NCBI RefSeq assembly: GCF_006345805.1
Contig: NC_043008.1
Coordinates: forward strand, 49,166,001-49,230,000
Source of the DNA: Octopus sinensis
Taxonomy: Eukaryota
Length of the DNA stretch: 64,000 nt
Direction of reading: 5' to 3'
In this document: positions 25,690-37,900 of the stretch, piece by piece
Layout of the letters: every line of letters starts with the position of its first letter
Numbering within the stretch: position 1 is the stretch's first letter
The notes under the pieces: generated by a model
What the model was told of the DNA's origin: nothing
What the model saw: only the letters and a program-made list of their open reading frames with translations
Databases searched by the model: none
Position numbers and translations under genes: made by a program

Positions 25690-26267
25690 TTTTTTTAATA
25701 TGAAATATGTAGAGGCGCGCTCGCACACACGCGCGCGCACAAGCTGGTCTTTGACGTCATGTGTGTATATCCTGCGGTGTGTATGTTAGTGTATATATGT
25801 TCCTGTATGTGTATGTAATGTTATTGTATGCATATGTCTTGTAATTCAGTTGCGTGAAAAGCATTCATTTCAGGTGGATCCCCACTATTTGTCAAAAGTT
25901 TTAATTATCCATCAGCATTACGTCTTGTGTTCGTTGTTTTTACAAGAAAGCTTTAACAAGGAAGGCAACTGTTTACTGGCTGTCGTCATTGAAATCAATT
26001 AAATAAAGGAGAGAGAGAGAGAGCGAGAGAGAAAGAGAGGCAGTCGAAGTAGATTGGACTCGATGTATATATATTTTAATAGTCTCTTACTCTCTCTCTT
26101 TCCCTCTCTTTGTTAACGTCAGCAGAGAGAAATTAGTTTCTATTTCTAGTTACTCAAGTAATATGAAATGCACTAGAAAGCCTTTCCCGAGAATTGAACT
26201 CTATTTTAGATCTGAGAGCAGCAGGCAAAGAGCGCGATAAGCATTGCAGGTGCTCCTTTCTCGCAAG
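25690..26267 (+). promoter_or_regulatory. Putative promoter/5' region of the small ORF gene
   Basis: TE-free sequence with a CpG cluster (gcgcgctcgcacacacgcgcgcgc) at ~25714-25739, a perfect CRE palindrome TGACGTCA at 25752-25759, GAGA tracts at 26009-26040 and 26087-26110, and a YY1-like AAGATGGC overlapping the ATG. Confidence 0.4.
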
Positions 26268-26594
26268 ATGGCTGCTCCTAACAACGAGAAGAGGAGAAAC
26301 GCAGCGATGGAACCGTCTTCTAACCCGACCACATTACCACCACCACGAATCGAAGTGTGTGGACCGCCACCCAACAACCAAATATTACTGTCAGAACCAC
26401 AAGATCAACAACAGGAAGAAATGTGCCAAACAGACCATCTTAACAAACAACTGTTGGAAGCTTTCCTTAAAAGAATAAACGATTCGTCGCGGTTTCGATC
26501 CGAGAGCGGCGACCCGGCGTTAAGCGATGACTCCGGGGACCCCCTTACTTCAAGCAACGGATCTAACACAAACACTGCTACCGACACATTCTGA
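26268..26594 (+). CDS. Uncharacterised intronless small protein, 108 aa (MAAPNNEKRR...QTDHLNKQLLEAFLKRIND...TDTF)
   Basis: Stop-free, non-repetitive ORF that is GC/CpG-richer than its flanks, with a good start context (aagATGG). It has Pro-rich and Ser/Asp-rich flanks around a predicted amphipathic helix, lies in a TE-free island and is followed by an AT-rich 3'UTR-like stretch with AATAAA near 27174. Confidence 0.62.
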   Translation: MAAPNNEKRRNAAMEPSSNPTTLPPPRIEVCGPPPNNQILLSEPQDQQQEEMCQTDHLNKQLLEAFLKRINDSSRFRSESGDPALSDDSGDPLTSSNGSNTNTATDTF

Positions 26595-28049
26595 TATTTT
26601 TATTACTTTTATTATTATTATTATTACTACTACTATTATTATTATTGTTGTTGTTGTTGTGTGCGAAAGAAAGATGTGATATTTTATTATCAATGTTAAT
26701 TACATTAATTGTTTGTTTCCCCCCACACACACTTAAGGATGCATTCATCGTTAACCTTTCTCCCAATTAATCTCACACCATGTTACTTTAGTTATCTTCT
26801 TGCTTAGGTGAACTCTAGTTTATCTTCATTAATTTGCTTTACATACATTCGTCTTTACAGACAACAAAAGGGAGAAAAAAAAGAATATTTCTTTTAACGA
26901 AAGAAAGAATGAATGGGGGAAATCGGTACAGAATCACATCCAGACACATCTAACGTTTAAACTGTTGCTGAAACACATCGGATCTCTGTTAAATGTTTAA
27001 TACATTTTTATATCTTAAATAGTGATGCATTGACGGAAATAGTTTAACATTCTACATTTTTTTCACAGATCTTTATATTATTGTTGTTGACGTTGTTTTA
27101 TTAAAGATTGTTAACATATGAAGTGGGGAGGGTTGTTTTTGAAAACTAATTAATCTGTTATACCCGCCTCATTAATAAAATCTTCGAGAGGGAGAAAAAA
27201 AAAGTGTATAACACATACATTCGTATATAATACTGTGTGTATATATATATATCTATATAGTGGGCAGATTCTACTTTCATAATTCTAAGTCTTCTTGTTT
27301 GTCTCATGTTTGTTTGTTTGTGAGGTTTGTTACCAGAAACACATCTTCTCTCTCATCTTCACGTTCATAAACATTTCCCTGGACCTAAAAAGAAACAATC
27401 ATCCGTCGATCTACCATCAAGGAATGTCAAAACAACTTCACAAGAATCTTAAACTGCGAGTTCTTTCTTCTCATCCCAATCATTTAAAATCATTTTCTGT
27501 AATATAACAGGACAAGATCACACAGAAAGAAAACCAAAATATAAACCCACATCCGATTTATACAGAAGAAACATAATTACATAAACCATTCATAGAAATA
27601 AAATCTAACTTTAACTACACTCAAAATTCTCGAAAACCAAAACATTGACAAGGCATTTTTACATTAAAAGATCTCGACATTTTCCCTTCCACTTTGTGTT
27701 TTCTGTGAATATCGGACGAAATATTTGTATTAATTGCCATCAATGAAGTCCGATATCTTTTAAATTTCTGATGTTTCATTCCTCTCACCTATTATATATA
27801 TATATATTTTATTTATACATCAAAAGTTTTTCACTTGAAAATAATTAAAGCCATTTATTCACAGTTAATTTCCCTTCCCTCGTTTATCTCTCTCTCTTTC
27901 CTTCTCTCTGTTCTACCATACACAACACCACCAATAAGTCCGTGGAGCCTTAATTACTGGCGGCTATTTATTATACAACAGACGGAGCTATGATAATATA
28001 ATATATATGCGAAGTATGAATATAAATATATGTTTGTGTGTATATATAA

Positions 28050-28107
28050 TTCACTTTGAATCAACGCTTATGTACGTGGCAAATACTTCGCTTCATTAAA
28101 GGTAAGT
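28050..28107 (+). other. Candidate non-coding exon ending at a perfect splice donor (possible NMRK1 5'UTR exon)
   Basis: AAG|GTAAGT at 28099-28107 lies in unique CpG-containing sequence, with a GGGCGGG box at 28134-28140. The NMRK1 exon at 56561 begins with an acceptor, so it needs an upstream donor. The exon start is not defined. Confidence 0.35.
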
Positions 28108-28189
28108 CATGTAGTGTGATGTAGTTGCCGTAAGGGCGGGTATTTCGTTGGTCCTGTTACTATCTTTCATGTGAATATATGTGCATGCG

Positions 28190-28329
28190 TATATGTTTAT
28201 GCATATATATATATACATACTTATATATATATATATACATACTTATATATGTATATATACATACTTATATATGTATATATACATGCTTATATATGTATAT
28301 ATACATGCTTATATATGTATATATACATG

Positions 28330-28372
<43 letters not shown>

Positions 28373-28730
28373 GCTTATATATATGTATACATGCTTATAT
28401 AGGTATATGTATACATGCTTATATAGGTATATATATACATGCTTATATAGGTATATATATACATGCTTATATATATATATATGTACATGCTTATATATAT
28501 ATATGTACATGCTTATATATATATATATGTACATGCTTTTATATATATATATGTACATGCTTTTATATATATATATATGTATATATATATGCTTATATAT
28601 ATGTATATATAAAGGCTTATATATATATATATAAAGGCTTATATATATGTATATATAAAGGCTTATATATATATATATAAAGGCTTATATATGTATATAT
28701 AAAGGCTTATATATATGTATATATACGTGT
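28190..28730. repeat. TA-based minisatellite with recurring CATGCTT / AAAGGCTT interruptions (~20-24-bp period)
   Basis: Visible directly; the unit variant changes along the array. Confidence 0.9.
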
Positions 28731-30491
28731 ATATGTAAGAAAATTAGCGAAGTTTCGCTTGTCGTCAGAAAATTAGTGAAACGTGGTATACACACACGAA
28801 GAAAATTAGTGAAGCATGCTATGTCTATGCTATATATATATATGTATATATATATATACTACATACTATATATATGTGTGTGTATGCATGTATTAAGTCG
28901 TACACAATTATTTGTGATTTATAAATTCAATGCATTAAATAATTTGCGTACCAAACTACTTGTAGTCGGAGGTAATAATATTTAATTTAAAATTTACTGC
29001 AATATTTTTACGCCTTCTTACCAAATTTCTTACTAACACAACATAATTCTGATCCAGCGATTATTTACTGCAATATTTATAATAATTACCTCACATAAAC
29101 TCTACCCTTTTTGTTTCGTTTTTTGTTTATCCTCACCAAACGAAATTTCTTTACAGTTTTGTTTAATAATAATTGTAGTACTTAAGTTTCTGTGTTGAAA
29201 CCTAAACAAACGTGAAATAGCTAAGCATATCTATAGTTAATTAATTTAAAAATTGTTTCCTTGTTCATATAGTCTAATAGTCGCAAAATTAAATTATTAA
29301 TTACGTTATGAAAAATGTTATTAATCAGATGAGTAACTTAACCCCTGTGTGTGTTTTTAATCCAGGGTTAGCGTAAAAGTAGTTTCTAATTTAGGATTAG
29401 AATATAATAATTTTAAAGGACCTGACAAGAAATGAAAAGCAGAGTTAGCCCGGGCGGGATTCGAACTCAAAAGGTAAAATGTCAGAGAAAATAAGGCAGT
29501 GCATAGCATATTATCGAGGAATTTCGATAGTCCTTCATCATATCGGTCTCGTAAGGATGAAAGGTGAAGTTGATTGCAGTGGAATTTGGACTCAAAACTT
29601 TAAAAACCGAAATAAGTGCCCCTTAGCATATGAGGATGATGATAATAATAGCTTCTGGTTTAAGTACAGGAATTTGGAGAGGACGGGATAAGTGAATACC
29701 ATCGCCTTCTGTAGTTTGCTGGTACTTCATTTTATCAGGTCCGAAAGAAGGAAGGGCAAAATTGAGCAAGGCGGGATTCGAACGCAGAACGGAAAGAGGT
29801 GCCGGAAGAAATACCGCATTGCAATTTGTTCGATGCGCCATCGATTCTGGATCTTCCCCACCCCCTTACAAGTGTTTATTGCTTGCCTTCTCTCTAAGTC
29901 GTTAATTCCAATACATTAATTATATATAACTGTAAACTATGGCTTATGTGTTTGGTTTAATTAAAACAGCCACCAAATGAAACTAGATATTCCTTAGAAC
30001 AACATTAAGCAAACCTTAGTTATAACAAACAATATTGATTTGTTAGTGTTTAGCCACAGGCCGACCTTGATCAAAAGCACAACGACTACAAGTGCTTCCA
30101 TCGTAACCAATCTATCTCGTCTTTCTTGCATTCTTGTCTAACATTTACATCTTTAAAAAAATCCATCCATCTATGTGAAACTAATATCTTTGGTTTTTCA
30201 CTGAAGCACTGGATATAACCAGAGAACTTGGATGGTAACATCGCTTTAAGAGGATTTGATATTTTTGATGTAATTATGTATATAAGACCGTTGTTGGGTG
30301 TCATTTAAGCAAATTGTGGCTCCTGTTTTTAGCAGCCACTACGACCACTTAAAGGCTTCTTAATTGATTTACTTCGATTAGATACAAGGCGCATTCTCCT
30401 TTATAGGACAGAAGCATAACTAATTTAAATCGGTCCAGTATATATATATATTCTGAAGTTTGTACTCAAACGAGTCGATAAAATATTTGCT

Positions 30492-30525
<34 letters not shown>

Positions 30526-32099
30526 ATATATAAAGGCAGATATTTTATCGTCTGGTTTGAGTACAAACTTCAGAATATTCCGTTATCTCAACAGTCCTCA
30601 CTAGCAATCAATATTATTTATATATAACATCGCACTTTTCGTTTCCATATCTTGTACTTAAATCTCATGCTTTTAAAAAACATTGATTGTCTGCACTGAC
30701 AACAACAAAAATCAATTAGTAAAATCGAATAAACATGTACAGCTTGAGGGAGAACCCAGACGAATTCCAGTATTTTAAAATAACAGTGCCCCTCCATACA
30801 CACACACACTTTAGCCTAAGAAGAAATATAGCAAGTGCACTCATACTTCTCTCTCTACGGATTTATTAAATCTTCTTAACCTTGTTTTTTTTTTAATATA
30901 AAAATCAGCAACCACTGCTAAGGCGTAGTCAGACGTCAATAAAACTAGAATCCGATGTAAAGACATGTTTCTTAAACATCTCAAATAAGATAGTAATAAT
31001 TTTTTTTATTATATTCCGAAAGATATAAAAATTAATCCAGAGATTATCAATTCTGTTCAATATAATATATCTTCTCTTGTGTGTTTGTATCTACGATGAA
31101 ATTATATTAAACACTATGACTATCTCTTCCACGTCCTTTCTACCTGTTGGTATTTGCTAATTATTAAATTTCCCACATCACAAACTGGTTTTTCTTTTCT
31201 CTTCTTTCTTTCCCAACGTACGATACAATTGCATTCTTAAATTTTAAAAAAAAAGTGTATTACGTGTGTGTTAACGAACCGTAGACTTAAATAATTAATA
31301 CCAGACAGTTTATGTTTCTCATCAATAAAAACCTGGTATTTTATTTCGTCCTGTACGTTTCCCTACGTCACATTTCGATAACAGAAATAATAATATATAG
31401 ATTTATCAAGCTTATATATTTTGGCTGCTTAATTTCAAGCGAACGAAACTAGCCATAAAAATGCGTTGGTAATTTTATTGCCTTTCTAGGCAATAAAATT
31501 TTAGAGTTTGCAACAATGGACTAGATTTTGTAAGCATGTAAATATAAATGGATGGCCTTGCTTTTACGCTTTTAAGTTCAAATTGGTCCTTTAATATTGT
31601 CCCTACCCATGCATTTGTCCATATTTTTGTATTGCATATGTATATATGCATTCGTCGTTGAGTTCCCGAAGAGCTAATTTTTGTATTTAGGTGATTATTT
31701 TGTCCTTATCTTTCAATTAAGAATTTTAGCTTCGTTAATGGGTTTCTAAGGCGCTAATTAGCTCGATACCGTACTTGTTTCACTGTGTTCGAATTTCGCT
31801 GCGGGTCGACTTAACTTCTTATCTTTGATAAACTGCCGCCACAAAGCATTGAATTATTCACCTTAAAAACCAATTAACTGAAAAAGAAATAACAAAATCA
31901 AAATAAATAATAAGCAACCATTTATTTTTTAATGAACGAAAACCTCTGCTCGTTAGGGGACTGAAAAGAGAAAAAAAACGAAATATGACATACATAAAAA
32001 AATATAAGACTATTAAAAGTTCACTTTGAATGTAGACCTCGATAATCAAGGATACCCTAAAACCCTTTATATTACAAGCGAACTGTTCTAATTGCATAT

Positions 32100-32620
32100 C
32101 GATATATATATATACACCCGTATGTGCTTAATTGTATGTATATATATATATATATACACACCCGTTTATGTGTATATGTATATATATACATATATATATA
32201 CACCCGTATGTGCTTAATTGTATATATATATATATATACATCCGTTTGTATGTGTATATACACACCCGTATGTGTGTACATGTATATATATGTACACCCG
32301 TATATGTATATATATATACACACCCGTATGTGTGTACATGTATATATATGTACACCCGTATATGTATATATATACACACGTAGGTGTGTATATGTATATA
32401 TATATACACACCCGTATGTGTGTATATATATGCACACGTATATGTGTGTGTGGCTATATATATACACGTGTGTGTGTGTGTGCATATATATATATATACT
32501 CACACTATGTGTGTGTGTGTATATATATATATATAGACACGTGTGTGTGTATATATATATATACACACACACACGCGCATGTGTGTTTATATATATGTAT
32601 ACACACACACGTATGTGTGT
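32100..32620. repeat. TA/TG-based minisatellite with a recurring CACCCGTAT motif
   Basis: Visible directly. Confidence 0.85.
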
Positions 32621-34850
32621 AATCACGTCAATTAATTACACCTGTGTCGGATTTTCCCTGTACAGGTGTAACAGTTCGGCAGTTATCTGCCCTTACTAAC
32701 CAAAGAGAGACGAAGTGCAGACGGATTTATCTTTATCTTTGTATCTTGGGTGGTTTTTATCTCAGACAAATGTATTTTTATATACAATGGAGATTATAAA
32801 ATCGTACCAAGATTATTTATATCTGTTTCTGTTATTAAATCTCAGTTATTTTAAATTCTTTTTGTCGAAGCACATCTAATTAATATTTAACTTTTAATAA
32901 GTTTACGATGTCCCAATTCAAGACATGGTATTTCTTATTGGAGCCAAATTCTTTGTGAATGTAAGTTAATGATTCATCGTCATAAACGGTCATTGTGTGA
33001 GTTCTTTCTATTGTCTTTGAGTAATAGCAGAACACAGAAGTCGGAGAGATCAAGACTACTTTGGATGGGTTCTCAAAGAGTGGTTGGGTAAATCAATGGA
33101 GTACGCCATTCGAAGGAAACAAGTTCAGAAAGTATTGTTCTTTGTACATTATTATATAGGTCTGGGAAAGCGATGTGCTGACAGAATTGTTACCATGTCG
33201 GACAAAATGTTTAGGCGGTATTTCTTTCGGCTTTACGTTCTGAGTTCAAATACCACCAAAGTCGACTTTACCGTTCTTCCTTTCGGGGTCGACAAAATAC
33301 ATAGAAGTTGAGCACTGGGGTCGATGTAATCGACTGACCCCACTCAGAAGATTTCAGACCTTGTGCCTATAGCAGAAAAGATTATATAGTCTTGGAAGTT
33401 CAACGGGTAGTTCGCTAACCAATGTTTTCTGTTAAGGTGCCATTATCAATAATAAATCGTTAGAATATCACGTGAAGGAGTTCTGTGTTAGTGAATTATT
33501 TGGTGCTCCGAATCTTTTGTGATTTGGAGAAGTTGGGGTTAGTTATGTTAGGGATTAACCTTATGATAAATGAGATTGTACATAGGTGATGGGTTTGTAT
33601 GATGCCCACTTAACAATTTCTGGGTATTTTCCAGTATGTTAACCAGTACAGTGACTCCTTCCGCCCCTACGTGTTTTAGGTATAAATTTGGCTCTATCGT
33701 TTTTAGATTCCCCTGTTGTTTTTTGGGTGTCTGGTTGAAGGAAAGGGTCAAATTCATCATCTAGGTGGAAGGTATTTTTCATTTTATACTCTTATCTTTT
33801 TAGTGTATTTGGGCTTTTCTTCTTTCTTTTTTTTTTGTTACCTAATTCTTATGAAAAAGACTGTATTTGGTGTCGCAGTGCAGAAGTATATTACTTGAGA
33901 TCGTCATTATATTCGAGCTGTGATGTGACCATTGTTGTTGCTGAATGTTTTGTTGGTTTCGTGCTTCGTGCTGAATACAAATATTTGCCTTCTTTTTTCC
34001 TGTTTTCTAAGGTTGTTTTTATTATTACCCCTATTCTTTTTGTTGAATTCTATTTCAGTTATTTGTGGTTTTGGTGTATTATTTGAGGAAGTCACTGGTT
34101 GCTATGGCTATTTCCGTTCTCTAACCACAATTACATTCTTCTGTCGCCTTCGAGAATATACTTATTTTATTTATTTATTTCAGATCTGTCTATAACAATA
34201 TTGTTGAATATACAGCAATGTCTACGTTCATGGTTGTTGGACAGTTGATAACCTCTTTATTGATAGATCTCTTTCCATTGTAAATTTTTTTTGAAGTTTG
34301 TAAGATTGTTTTAACTTTCTTCATTGACGTGCGAGGCTGTTGTCAGGTTAATTAGTCTGAGTAAAAGCTGGAGAATCGTTTGGCAAATGGTTGTGGTAGC
34401 TAGATGGAAGATCAGAAGGTGAAGCTTGAAGAACAGGTACCTGTGTGCTTGTGTAAATTCTTTAGGATCTAAAGGGAGTTCGGTACTGATCACATTGTCA
34501 TCTCTCTTATTAACTGTGCTATTTCAAAACCAGGTGTTACTCGTATAGAAGATGATGTCTTGTGGAGATGTTAAGATGTTATTGCTGTTCGTTGATGATG
34601 GTAGTGTGTTTGTTTATTACATTAACGTGCTTAATACGTTGCTCTTTTATATTTTGAAAGCTTGTGTATCTGTTGTGTAGAATCGTTCTTGATTAGTTTA
34701 CGAATGTATTTATATACTGAATGCAAGTTTTTATGTGTGTTGTAAGACCACCCTTATTGTAAAAGATCTGTCTAGTCGGATTGGAGTATAATTTGGAATG
34801 GTGATTGTTCTGTTAATTAGAATGTTTCCTCAGTTGTTCTTTATATTGAC

Positions 34851-35049
34851 ACTCCTCCTCATCATCGTTTAACGTCCGCTTTCCATGCTAGCATGGGTTG
34901 GACGATTTGACTGAGGGCTGGCGAACCAGATGGCTGCACCAGGCTTCAATTTTGATGCAGCCATCTGGTTCGCCAGCCCTCAGTCAAATCGTCCAACCCA
35001 TGCTAGCATAGAAAGCGGACGTTAAACGATGATGATGAGGAGGAGGAGT
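34851..35049. repeat. Palindromic head-to-head dimer of the RTE 3' tail
   Basis: Arms 34851-34938 and 34956-35049 are near-perfect reverse complements around a 17-nt loop. Confidence 0.92.
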
Positions 35050-36149
35050 CTTTGTTTATAATTAGTTTCATTGATATTTTTTTCTATTTGCTTAATTTGC
35101 ATATACTACAAATAATTGTTCATGATGTGAATGAAAAAACAAAAGTGAAAGTTAAACCATGGAAATAAATCTAGTTAGGACCTGAAGCAATAGTCATAAA
35201 AATTATGGGGTAGAGGGTGGATTTCTAGATTGGTGAAACCGGTGTGGCTAATCTACAACCAGAACATCTGCAGGGGTAACAAAGGGGTGGAGATCTGAAT
35301 TAAACTCAGCTGAAAGATGGAAAGCTAGGGCTGTCATTGGTTTTTAAATTGTAGAATTTCACAGAAGCTCAATAAAAATTCTTTCTACTAAGGACGGAAA
35401 TGGTGGGTGGGTGGGTGGGTTCTAGTCGTGTACATTGACCATCCAGTGCTCAGCTGGTACTTATTTCATTGACACCAAACGACAGGATGGCAAAGTCAAC
35501 CTTGGTGGAATTTGTACTCAGACCATAAAGATCAATGAAATAATGATCAGCATTTTGTGTGACATACTTTTGATTCTGCCTTAGATTTAAATAATATTGA
35601 TTTCAAATTTTGGCACAAGGCCAGCAAGTTCAGGAGTGGGGGTAAGTTGATTACATCAACCCCAGTACAGAACTGGTACTTATTTTATGGACCCCAAAAG
35701 ACAAAGTCGACCTTAGTGGAAGTTGAACCCTAACCCTGACTAAGAACATAAAAGACAAACATAATGTCTTTGAGCATTTTGCCTAACCTGCTAATAATTC
35801 TGCCAGCTCACTGCCTTAGATTTAAGTAATATTCACACCTGTTTACTAAAGTTTTCTTCCTCATCATGTGTGTAGTGAGTTCTAATTTTAATTAAGATTC
35901 TAAAGGTGTTTTCCCCACCTACTTGCATTGAACTAATATAGATGTTGAACTAATGTTTTCTTGTCATTACATTGAGTACATTAGAACCGCCTTTACCATG
36001 ATGGTAGATTAAGTTCATTTGTCTATTTTAGTGCACAGCATCATCATTTCTTTAAACTCTCACCTTTTCACACTCTGCATTCTTAGTTCCAACATTTTAA
36101 AATCTGATGATGAATATTTTAAAGGAGAATATATATCAAAAATAAATAC

Positions 36150-36501
36150 CAAATAGAAATTGTAGTTGTGATACCTGTGCCGGTGGCACGTAAAAAGCAC
36201 CATCCGAACGTGGCCAATGCCAGCGCCGCTTTGACTGGCTTCTGTGCTGGTGGCATGTAAAAAGCGCCAACCGATCGTGGCCACTGCCAGCCTCCCCTGG
36301 CACTTGTGCCGGTAGCACGTAAAAAGCACCCACTACACTCACGGAGTGGTTGGCTTTAGGAAGGGCATCCAGCTGTAGAAACAGTGCCAGATCAGACTGG
36401 AGCCTGGTGCAGCCTCCAGGCTTCCCAGACCCTGGTCAAACCGTCCAACCCATGCTAGCATGGAAAACGGATGTTAAACGATGATGATGATGATGATGAT
36501 G
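36150..36501 (+). mobile_element. RTE 3'-end element
   Basis: Three modules, the terminal module and a (GAT)n tail. Confidence 0.85.
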
Positions 36502-37711
36502 AGTGATCTAGAATGATCTAGAAAGGAAGTCTGGTTTGATATTGAATGCAATAAAAATAAAAAAAGGAAGAAAAAATTATAAAGATTTATAAAAGAAATG
36601 TTCTTGCCACCCGCTACCCAGATTCCTATTGCTATCAAGATTCTGTTTGTTTTTGCCAAAGAAGAAGAAAAAGAAAAAAGAAGATACTCTTAATGGTGTG
36701 TAGGAGATGGGGGAGGTGGTGAGGGGGAAAGAAGATTTTTAGTGACTCAGCTTTGAGGAAATGATTAGATTTATTTTGAAAAGAGAAGTTGCACATTGAA
36801 AGATAATCATGTTTTGTTGCTATCAAGAAATGAAACACCTGGAGGTTTGCTTATTATCAACGAGATATGCTGTCATGCAAATTAGGTCGCTGTTAGTACG
36901 TTTAGGGAAATGTAATCTTGTGGGATGGTTGAGTTTTTTTTTTTAATATTTGCATAAAAAAACTAGTTTAGTTTATTAAAAAATATTTAAATGAAGAAAT
37001 TAAAATTTAAGTGAAAAATAATAAAAAAAAAAACTAGAAGCTTGTTTTACAATCACATGGTTTCAGGTTCAAGATGTAACACAGTGGGACTGAACCTGTA
37101 ACCATCTGGTTAGGAAGCAAACTTCTTACCACACAGCCACCCCTGCTAATGGCATCAATTAGTATTTAACATTTATGACTCCTAGTAGTAATTCCATGAT
37201 TGCTTCACTGGATGATAATATTATGAGGGGTCTATGGAGGAATTCCAACCACGTTTCGTGGTTTGCTACCCCAACAGCTCCTTTATAGGATCCACTGGCT
37301 CAAGACATCATCAGGAGGAACCACGTCCAGTTTCGGGCCCCTACTCCTCTACCGTTTTCAATGTGGCAGTGCCCCACCCCGCTTCAGAGGTGTCTTCAGC
37401 TCTGGTGTTGAGTGCATTTCTTCTTGCTTTTTTTTTTCTTTTGTCTCCTGGCCCCTTCGATACAGCGTCAACGAGTGTCAGCGGGCGACTGACCATCCTG
37501 CCAAATTTCCCTTTAAATACTGGATTATTTGCAATAATTATAACAATGAAGAATATGGAGACTGGTACAAGGAAATAAATTTTGAGGATGTACCAAGATT
37601 GTTTTAAATATTGCAAATATATATATAAACGAACACCACAACAACCCTCTTCTTTTCAGGCACTGAATTACATCCCTCCTCCCCAAACCTCACCCCACAT
37701 TACCTTCCCAG

Positions 37712-37900
37712 TTTTCAGGGTTGGTACTGTCAATGTTGGCACACTGAAAGGTAGGTTTAGTGAGATTGTAGAGATACTTGAAAGGAGATGGATTGATGTC
37801 TGCTGCATACAAGAGGTAAGATGAAAAGGTGCTTCAGCTAGGGTCCTCACAGGCAAGGCACATAGGTATAAAGTCTTCTGGCAAGGTAACATGGATGGTG
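37712..37900 (+). mobile_element. RTE LINE AP-endonuclease N-terminal fragment
   Basis: FRVGTVNVGTLKGRFSEIVEILERRWIDVCCIQEVR*KGASARVL contains the APE motifs TxNV and DxxxxQE. Confidence 0.85.

Noticed and set aside
28171-28680. YI/CV/HT-rich ORFs (also 8457-8842, 17024-17438, 32072-32699, 38705-39010, 61689-62545, 63430-63957)
   Set aside because: Dinucleotide and tetranucleotide repeat artefacts.
28745-28790. Hammerhead core CTGACGA-caagc-GAAAC on the minus strand
   Set aside because: There is no plausible stem I or stem II pairing, and it lies in a short local direct repeat (gaaaattag), so chance is likely.
32900-34850. Penelope-like or other LINE relic in a T-rich strand-biased region
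   Set aside because: The composition is suggestive, but I could not recover any diagnostic RT or GIY-YIG motif by eye.
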